Position numbers and translations under genes: made by a program. Below are positions 1 through 6,050 of a stretch of DNA of 12,114 nt, piece by piece. This DNA comes from Hyphomicrobiaceae bacterium (GTDB lineage Bacteria > Pseudomonadota > Alphaproteobacteria > Rhizobiales > Hyphomicrobiaceae). The stretch is from positions 1 to 12,114 of the forward strand of contig JANNSA010000444.1 of NCBI GenBank assembly GCA_031402115.1, in the 5' to 3' direction. Below the pieces are notes generated by a model. The model saw nothing but the letters and a program-made list of their open reading frames with translations. It did no database searches and was not told the origin of the DNA. Positions within the stretch are counted from its first letter, which is position 1. The number at the start of each line of letters is the position of its first letter.

Positions 1-1291
1 AGCCGCTGCCGCGCCAGTTGCCCGTAATAGGTGTTGAACCAGGCTCCGGCCGCTTTGTAGTGCGCGCGTGCCTTGTCGCCGTTGCCCAGCGCTTCCTGTG
101 TGCGCCCGAGCCAATAGTCGGCCTGCGCCAGGCTGATCGGCCCGTCGGCGGCCTCGCGCATTGATTGAAAGTGCGGCAACGCCTGTTTGGGCGCATTGAG
201 CCGGCGCAAAGCGATGAAGCCGGCTATGAAACCAGCGTCCTTGCGCGGATTGACACCGACGTCGCCTGCATCAGCGGCGATCTTGTAAGCGGTGCGCGCG
301 TCGCCCGCGTAAAGCGCATTGTAGACGTTCATGCGCCGCTCTATCCACCAATCGTCGGGGCTGATGAGGCCTTGGGCATTGCCCGGTACCTGCGCCATCT
401 GCTGCCAGGCGGCGGATTCCTGGCCGGAGCGGCGCGCCAACTGGATACGATGATATTGGATGCCCCAATCCTTGGCAGCACCAGGCGGCAGCTTGCTGAA
501 GGCGGCACGCGCCGGGCCTGCGCAAGGCCCACCACGATAGCAGCGAAACACGGCGATCCGCGCCTGGATCTTGACCTGATCGTCCGCCGCCAAAAGTGGC
601 AACAGGCGCTGCACCTGGGCGATGCGCTTGGCGCGCTGATCCTCCCAGCGGCTATCCTCATACAGCAGCCGGTCGGCCCGTGCCTTGTGGTCCTTGGCGG
701 TGAGCAGGCGGCCAACCCGCGCCAACGCCGCCGCTTCGCCCTCAGGGCCGAAATCGTCTTGCCGCCAGGCACCACGCGCAAGCTTCGCAGCCTCGGCTTC
801 CTGGCCCGACTCAAGCAACGCCGCCGCCAGCGCCATCTTGCCCGGACCGGTAGCCGGCTTGGCGGCCGCAAAGAACTGCGTGATGTCAGCGCCGTTGGCC
901 GTCTTCAGCAGCGTCACCTCGGCTTGCGCCAACAGCGGTTCATCGGGCCAGCCTGGAAATTGCTGCTGGAACTGCGCCATCTCCTGGGCCGAAGCTTGGG
1001 GTGCACCGGAGCGCAACTCGTACCAGCGGATCAGCTTGCGCGCGCGGCCGGATCGCGCAAGCCTTGGGCGATGCTTGTCGCCTTGACGAAGTCCTTGGCG
1101 AACGCCGCCTGCACGGCTGTCTTGACGCTAGCCAGCTCAGCGCCGGAGGGCAGATTGTCGAGCATTGGCGCCAAGGCCTGTTCGATCGCATCCGTTACCT
1201 CAGCCGCCCGGGCCTGCGGCATCGGTAGTGCGGTGTGCCAGCTAACAGCCGTTGCGGCGGCGAAAGCCAGCCAGGTAGTGCGCATGATCAT
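1..1291 (-). CDS. slt: Soluble lytic murein transglycosylase (Slt70-like), signal peptide plus superhelical domain. The 3' end and catalytic domain lie beyond the left window edge. The reading frame switches near 1035-1055.
   Basis: Own minus-strand translation of 1-400 gives ...DAGFIAGFIALRRLNAPKQALPHFQSMREAADGPISLAQADYWLGRTQEALGNGDKARAHYKAAGAWFNTYYGQLARQRL, which resembles the region just before the catalytic domain of E. coli Slt70 (my recollection of that sequence is approximate). The N-terminus sits in another frame (ORF 1031..1330), with Sec signal MIMRTTWLAFAAATAVSWHTA, ATG at 1291 and GAAGG 8 nt upstream. The frame-1 region stops at 1031 while the frame-2 region is open from 1127 down to position 1, so a frameshift is needed to join them. 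Confidence 0.6.
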
Positions 1292-1562
1292 CCGTGCAGC
1301 CTTCGCGCTCGATACGCTCCTACAAAGCAATTGACGTGCCCGCGCAATCCGGCGGAACGATGGTCGCGGAACAAAAGTAGCTCAGCAGTGTACCTGCCCA
1401 CGATGAAAGGCAAGTCTGGTTTCTTTGCTGACAGATTTCCAGCCCTATGCGGAGACGGCGAAATCGCATAACCTGTAGCAGTTGGTTGGGCCATGGGTCC
1501 GGGCTCGTTGAGACCCGGCTGGCGCGCGCCGCTTTGCGGTGGTGTGTTCCGCCTAGCCGATA

Positions 1563-1637
1563 GGGGTTGTAGCTCAGTGGGTAGAGCGCCGGACTTTAAT
1601 CCGGAGGTCGTGGGTTCGATTCCCGCCAGCCACACCA
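1563..1637 (+). tRNA. tRNA, Lys(UUU)-like. It has a canonical D-arm and T-arm and an encoded CCA, but the anticodon loop appears to be only 6 nt.
   Basis: The D-arm is TAGCTCAGTGGGTAGAGC and the T-arm is GTGGG-TTCGATT-CCCGC. The acceptor is GGGGTTG/CAGCCAC with a G2xA71 mismatch, and discriminator A is followed by CCA. The anticodon stem CCGGA/TCCGG is perfect, leaving the loop CTTTAA. Confidence 0.65.
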
Positions 1638-1638
1638 G

Positions 1639-1712
1639 TCGCGACTAGCTCAGGAGGGTAGAGCACAAGACTCATAATCTTGGTGTCGTGGGTTCGATTC
1701 CCGCGTCGCATA
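1639..1712 (+). tRNA. tRNA with anticodon CAT, either elongator Met or tRNA-Ile2 (lysidine). It is not an initiator, because the anticodon stem lacks the three G:C pairs.
   Basis: The D-arm is TAGCTCAGGAGGGTAGAGC. The anticodon stem CAAGA/TCTTG carries the loop CTCATAA, and the T-arm GTGGG-TTCGATT-CCCGC is identical to the upstream tRNA. The acceptor TCGCGAC/GTCGCAT has two terminal mismatches (1-72 T.T and 2-71 C.A). It begins 1 nt after the CCA of the previous tRNA. Confidence 0.65.
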
Positions 1713-2035
1713 CCGCCCGCAAGGGCACTTGCCTGTCACGCAAGCCATTCACGAGGGAGCCGGCTGCTCCCGGCCCGCAAGGGCAAACGTCGAGGGCACT
1801 TTGTGCCGGGGTGGATACCGCCTGGGTGAGGGCGTTGGAACAATGGGCGCCGGCGCGTCACCGACCTCCACCTTCGGGTGGCGGCGGGGCACGGTCTGCA
1901 ACCTGGGCGATCCAGCGACAGCTCCGGGCTCAAACCTCGTCCCGTGTCCGCGCCGTGGGCAGTAGCCGGCAACCTTTCATACTGTCATCTCTGACGTTCA
2001 CTGCCTTAGTTTTCCCCCCGACGCCCGAGGTTCTG

Positions 2036-3196
2036 ATGCACAACGGCCTGTGGTTCTCCACCATCGTCAAGGACGACGAGCGCGCAATTCTAACGCGCAA
2101 CGGCACCTTTGCGCGCTTCCTCGAACCCGGCCGCTTCGTCACCTTCGATCCGATGCGGCGGCTGGCTACGGAAACCATCAAGGTGATGCGCACTGAGTTT
2201 CCGGTTGAGCGGGCGCTGCTGCTGGAGCGGGCGCAGCCGCAAGTCGCCGCCGACAATCTGGAGATCGTCCGGACTGGCCCCGGCGAGTTGGCGATTGTCG
2301 CGCTCGATGGCTCGCCGCACGCCGTCGTGCTGCCGAACACCGCGCGCGCTTTCTGGGCCGCCGTTACCGAAGTTGCCGTCGAGCGCGTCGACATCGACAA
2401 GGAACTGCGGCTGACCAAGGCGCAGATGGACAAGTTCGACGTGACGCGCTGGGCCCAGGTCGCCTACGCGCTGATCGATCAGCACGAGGTCGGGCTGCTG
2501 TTCGTCAACGGCGAGTTCAAGGAGCGGCTGCCGCCCGGCCGCCACGCCTTCTGGCAGGTCGGCCGCACGGTGCGCATTGCCAAGGTCGATCTCAGGCCGC
2601 AACCCTTGGAAGTCACGGCGCAGGAAATCCTGACCAAGGACCGCATCGCCGTGCGCGTCACGTTGACAGCGTTCACGCGCGTCGTCGACCCGGAGAAGGC
2701 AGCGCTCGCCACTGCCGACAACGCCAACATGATTTACCGTCTGATCCAGTTCGCGATCCGCGAGGCGGTCGCCGGCCGGACGCTGGATGAGATCCTGGCG
2801 GCACGCGCCACGATCGATGAGGAAGTCCGCACTTATGTCACCAGCCGCGCCGCTGAGTTGGGCATCGCTATCGGCGAGATCGGCGTCAAGGACGTGATCC
2901 TGCCCGGCGACATCCGCGAGCTGATCAACAAGGTGGTGGAGGTGGAGCGGATGGCCAAGGCCAATCTGATCCGCCGCCACGAGGAGACCGCCGCCACCCG
3001 TTCACTGCTAAACACGGCGCGGCTGATGGAGGACAACCCGCTGCTGCTCAGGCTGAAGGAACTGGAGGCCCTGGAGCGCCTCGTGGAAAAGGTTGGCCGC
3101 ATCGACCTGCACGCCGGCGACAAGGCCGGCGGCTTCGAGGCGCTGCTGACGAACCTGTACCGGATGAAGACCGACGCGCCGGAGAAGGCGCCATGA
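2036..3196 (+). CDS. SPFH/band-7 (stomatin-prohibitin-flotillin-HflK/C, slipin-like) domain protein of 386 aa. It has no N-terminal transmembrane anchor and carries repeated N-terminal beta-hairpin units.
   Basis: ATG at 2036 with GAGG 5 nt upstream. The C-terminal 200 aa show the SPFH signature: VDLRPQPLEVTAQEILTKDRIAVRVTLTAFTRVVDPEKA...LIQFAIREAVAGRTLDEILAARATIDEEV...GIAIGEIGVKDVILPGDIRELINKVVEVERMAKAN. The annotated 502-aa ORF start at 1688 overlaps the tRNAs and is rejected. Confidence 0.85.
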   Translation: MHNGLWFSTIVKDDERAILTRNGTFARFLEPGRFVTFDPMRRLATETIKVMRTEFPVERALLLERAQPQVAADNLEIVRTGPGELAIVALDGSPHAVVLPNTARAFWAAVTEVAVERVDIDKELRLTKAQMDKFDVTRWAQVAYALIDQHEVGLLFVNGEFKERLPPGRHAFWQVGRTVRIAKVDLRPQPLEVTAQEILTKDRIAVRVTLTAFTRVVDPEKAALATADNANMIYRLIQFAIREAVAGRTLDEILAARATIDEEVRTYVTSRAAELGIAIGEIGVKDVILPGDIRELINKVVEVERMAKANLIRRHEETAATRSLLNTARLMEDNPLLLRLKELEALERLVEKVGRIDLHAGDKAGGFEALLTNLYRMKTDAPEKAP

Positions 3197-3280
3197 TGGT
3201 GGTGGGAGATAATCGCTGGCGCGAGCCCTCGGCAGCACGTCAACGCCGAGCCTGACCGGAGTTGAATATCTTGAACCCAA

Positions 3281-4099
3281 TCAAAGCTTCTTGACCGAGC
3301 TGACAAGTGCGTCCGAGGCGCTGACTTCCAAAACCCTGGTTGCCAGATACCAGCCGAGCGAGACTAAGCCACCGGCACCGGCGGCGAGGCCGGCGAGCGA
3401 AGAGAGCTGGCCGAACAGGGCGAGGCCGCCGAGCATCAGCCATTTGGTGGCAAAGGCACTGACGCTGCCGAGCACGACCAGGCAAAAAGGCAAGCCAATT
3501 ACCCATTGGACAAAGCCTGTGTCAGACTCGCGCCGTGTCCAGAATTTGAAGGCGCCGAATCCGACAAGGCACTGTAACAAGATGACGATTGTTTGCGTCC
3601 AAGTGCCGGCAAACGGCAGGTGCCAGAGCACGTCCGCCGTCGCGATCACGGGTTTGAGAAAAGGGATCGGCATGTAACCGGCCCAGCCAGCGAAGCGCGA
3701 CGGCGGCGCCAGCTTGGTTGGTGTCGGTGTGTCGGCGATGACATCTGCCCGCAAAGAGTTGAGGCACAGCGGTTTCAAGATGTCGCTGTTGCCTTTGAAC
3801 AAGTCATCGATGCACGATAACCGGAACGAGTTTCGCCGTTGTTGATCAGCCCGCCAGATTTCAGACATGGCCGCGCTTAGCTTGGCATTTGGGTCATCAG
3901 TCCAGGCGCTCGGTGCCGCCGCCGCCGCCATCACGGTTTGCGACAACTCCCACGGGTCGAACTCGGATGTTGCGGCATAAGCTTGATCCTGGATCGCCAG
4001 TAGCGCAGTGAGGCTGGCGGGTTTGTTAGCGTGTTCAGCGACCCAGCCAACACCAATTGCGATGAGCACAGACAGACAGAAATGCAGCAGCCAGCGCAT
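3281..4099 (-). CDS. Hypothetical polytopic inner-membrane protein of 272 aa. It has an N-terminal signal/anchor, a ~130-aa Cys-containing periplasmic domain, then 3-4 C-terminal transmembrane helices.
   Basis: ATG at 4099 with GGGGAG 6 nt upstream. Hydrophobic stretches are MRWLLHFCLSVLIAIGVGWVA, TIVILLQCLVGFGAF, WVIGLPFCLVVLGSVSAF and LAGLAAGAGGLVSLGWYL. Third-codon-position GC is visibly lower than in neighbouring genes. I recognise no family. Confidence 0.6.
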   Translation of the reverse strand: MRWLLHFCLSVLIAIGVGWVAEHANKPASLTALLAIQDQAYAATSEFDPWELSQTVMAAAAAPSAWTDDPNAKLSAAMSEIWRADQQRRNSFRLSCIDDLFKGNSDILKPLCLNSLRADVIADTPTPTKLAPPSRFAGWAGYMPIPFLKPVIATADVLWHLPFAGTWTQTIVILLQCLVGFGAFKFWTRRESDTGFVQWVIGLPFCLVVLGSVSAFATKWLMLGGLALFGQLSSLAGLAAGAGGLVSLGWYLATRVLEVSASDALVSSVKKL

Positions 4100-4240
4100 G
4101 CACGTCTCCCCAGGATCGGCTCCTTGCCGAACGACGGAATACTACGCAAACTGGAGAACTATTCAATCCGTGCCGTCGCCAGAGTGTAGATTGGGTCAAG
4201 GCCTTGGCGCGACCCATTCCACAAGTCGGCACACCAGCCG

Positions 4241-5797
4241 CTATTGCGGCGGCAGGCCGGGATCAGCGGCAATCGGGGTGCCGGCGGCGACTGAAGCGCG
4301 GTCATCGCTGACGATCAGTTCGCCGGTGAACTCGACGTTGAGGCGCAGCGCCGTCTTGCCCGGCTCTGCGCTTCTGACTTTCCAGCCATTGAGCTTGCCT
4401 TTCAGGTGCAGGCCCTCAGCGAGGCGGCGATCGGAAGCCGTGTTGACCAGCGCCATGGCCTGCTGCATCGCCGGCCCCAGATCGTAGGCCGTGGCCAGTT
4501 CAACGCGCTCAGCAAAGGCTTTTTCAAGGATCGGCTGCAAGGTGCCGCGCCGGCCTTCTGGAATCGAGGCTGGGTCGAACAGGGCGGCCTTGGTCAGACG
4601 CAGCAGCGTATCGCCCTGGCGCACTTCCGGCGTGCACAGGTAATAGGCATAGCCGCGCAGGTTGCGCATGCTGCCGGGGATCGCCAGCGCCAGATCAACG
4701 CCGAGCGCCAGCTTGACGCCGGCTGGCTGCAAGCGGATGCTTTTGATCGTGTACGACACCGGCTCTACCGGAGCGCCGTTGACCGACGGCTTTGAAGGGA
4801 ACGTACCCGACATCACGCTCCTGTCGAGCCCTTCGCGCAACTGCTCATAGCTGACTTCCACGGGCAGGATGACGCCACCGCCAGCGTTGGTTGGCGCTAC
4901 CGACAACTGCACCATGGCACGCGGCCACAACGGTGTTGGACGAGTGCCGACGACGGTGCGCAGCCGAGTGATCACGGCGGAGCGGATTTCAATCGACTGC
5001 CGGTCGGGCCGGACAGCAAAGCCGCCGAAACGCACATCAACCGGGTCGCCGATCAACCAAATGTCTGGGCGTTCAGCGATCTGCACCGGCGATTGCAGCG
5101 CCCGCCAGGTCGATTGCGTCATGGCCTTGAGTTGCTTGGGCTGGATCATGTCCGCCAAGCCATCGGCGAATTGCTTCAGTCGCCGCTTGATGACACGCTC
5201 GACGTCGGCTGCGATCGACAGCCGGCCATCGAACACCTTGACTTCCGGTGGCTCACTCCAGGTAATCGGCCCGTCGAGTTGCATTGACGCCACCCAACTC
5301 TCACTAAGGCCGCCCTTGATAGTCGCCTTGACCGTGGCGCGCCGTGCGATCTGGATTGGCTCGGCAGCGCCTTTGCGCGACTCGCGCGCCTTGAGCGCGA
5401 TGCGAACCGGCACTTCAACTTCGAATCCGGCAGGTGTACCATTGAGCCGTGGCTCGCCGTCGCGCTCGACTGTGCCTGTCACCACGGCATCGCGGCAAAT
5501 CTTGTCGCCATCCTCGACGGAGCAGACCGCCTTGCGCACGCGTTCGGAAACTTCACTGAGCACGCCTGGCAGCGAACCAGCGAGCGCCGTTTCTAACGAC
5601 CCGATAGCGATGCGCTCGGCAACATAAACCGGGGTTTGCTGAGTTTGCGCGCTGATGCTCGCCAGTTCCTCGCGCGGCTGGCCGGAGAAATCCACGATCT
5701 CCTCGCACGCTGCCAAGCCCAGCGTGAAAGCGGAAAAAACTCCGGCGCGCGCGAACGCACTCAGCCTTGCGGCGATGCTTTTCGTCAAGACGGACAA
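4241..5797 (-). CDS. Hypothetical lipoprotein of ~518 aa. The start is uncertain: TTG at 5797 is preferred, TTG at 5788 is possible, and the tracker start at 5959 is a TTG as well.
   Basis: The signal peptide with lipobox (L)TKSIAARLSAFARAGVFSAFTLGLAAC-EE fits a start at 5797/5788. GGAG lies 8 nt upstream of the TTG at 5797. A long open frame with balanced composition follows. I recognise no family with confidence. Confidence 0.6.
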   Translation of the reverse strand: MSVLTKSIAARLSAFARAGVFSAFTLGLAACEEIVDFSGQPREELASISAQTQQTPVYVAERIAIGSLETALAGSLPGVLSEVSERVRKAVCSVEDGDKICRDAVVTGTVERDGEPRLNGTPAGFEVEVPVRIALKARESRKGAAEPIQIARRATVKATIKGGLSESWVASMQLDGPITWSEPPEVKVFDGRLSIAADVERVIKRRLKQFADGLADMIQPKQLKAMTQSTWRALQSPVQIAERPDIWLIGDPVDVRFGGFAVRPDRQSIEIRSAVITRLRTVVGTRPTPLWPRAMVQLSVAPTNAGGGVILPVEVSYEQLREGLDRSVMSGTFPSKPSVNGAPVEPVSYTIKSIRLQPAGVKLALGVDLALAIPGSMRNLRGYAYYLCTPEVRQGDTLLRLTKAALFDPASIPEGRRGTLQPILEKAFAERVELATAYDLGPAMQQAMALVNTASDRRLAEGLHLKGKLNGWKVRSAEPGKTALRLNVEFTGELIVSDDRASVAAGTPIAADPGLPPQ

Positions 5798-6017
5798 AGG
5801 TCGGGCTCCAGGCTCAAACAAGACTTCCGGATGCAGTTGCTGCACCCCTACCCCGTCGCTGCGGACGCTAGCACAGGCAGGTTTGACGCGCGCGGAACAA
5901 TTTATGTGTGGCGACGTCAGTCTGGACTGTGTCGGACAGATCGTATGCCAACGGATCAACGACTTTAGCGCTCAACTTGGTCAATGACTTCAACTTATGG
6001 AGTTAACCGGATCGAGC

Positions 6018-6042
6018 GAAAAAGGAAGCCACATAGTGGCCT
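6018..6042 (-). terminator. Rho-independent terminator immediately downstream of the alanine racemase stop codon.
   Basis: Minus-strand RNA reads AGGCCAC-UAU-GUGGCUU, a 7-bp stem including one G.U pair with a 3-nt loop, followed by CCUUUUUC. This is 9 nt after the TAA at 6053-6051. Confidence 0.6.
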
Positions 6043-6050
6043 AGTGTCAG

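Noticed and set aside
165-1334. 389-aa plus-strand ORF, the largest in the left part of the window.
   Set aside because: It lies antisense to the slt coding sequence, whose minus-strand translation shows clear lytic-transglycosylase similarity. Its product is Arg/Ala/Gly-rich with no structure-like pattern, which is typical of a high-GC antisense artefact.
1688-2035. N-terminal 116-codon extension of the 502-aa ORF (tracker start at 1688).
   Set aside because: It overlaps the CAT-anticodon tRNA gene and the hairpin-rich spacer. Protein-like sequence, an SD (GAGG) and similarity to SPFH proteins all begin at ATG 2036.
1563-6050. A tRNA-targeted integrated genomic island or prophage explaining the uncharacterised genes.
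   Set aside because: I found no integrase or recombinase, no phage-like genes, and no downstream direct repeat of either tRNA 3' end (checked the spacers at 1713-2035, 3197-3280, 4100-4240 and 5798-6050). Only the 3281-4099 gene is compositionally atypical. I keep it as a low-confidence hypothesis in the findings, not as a feature.
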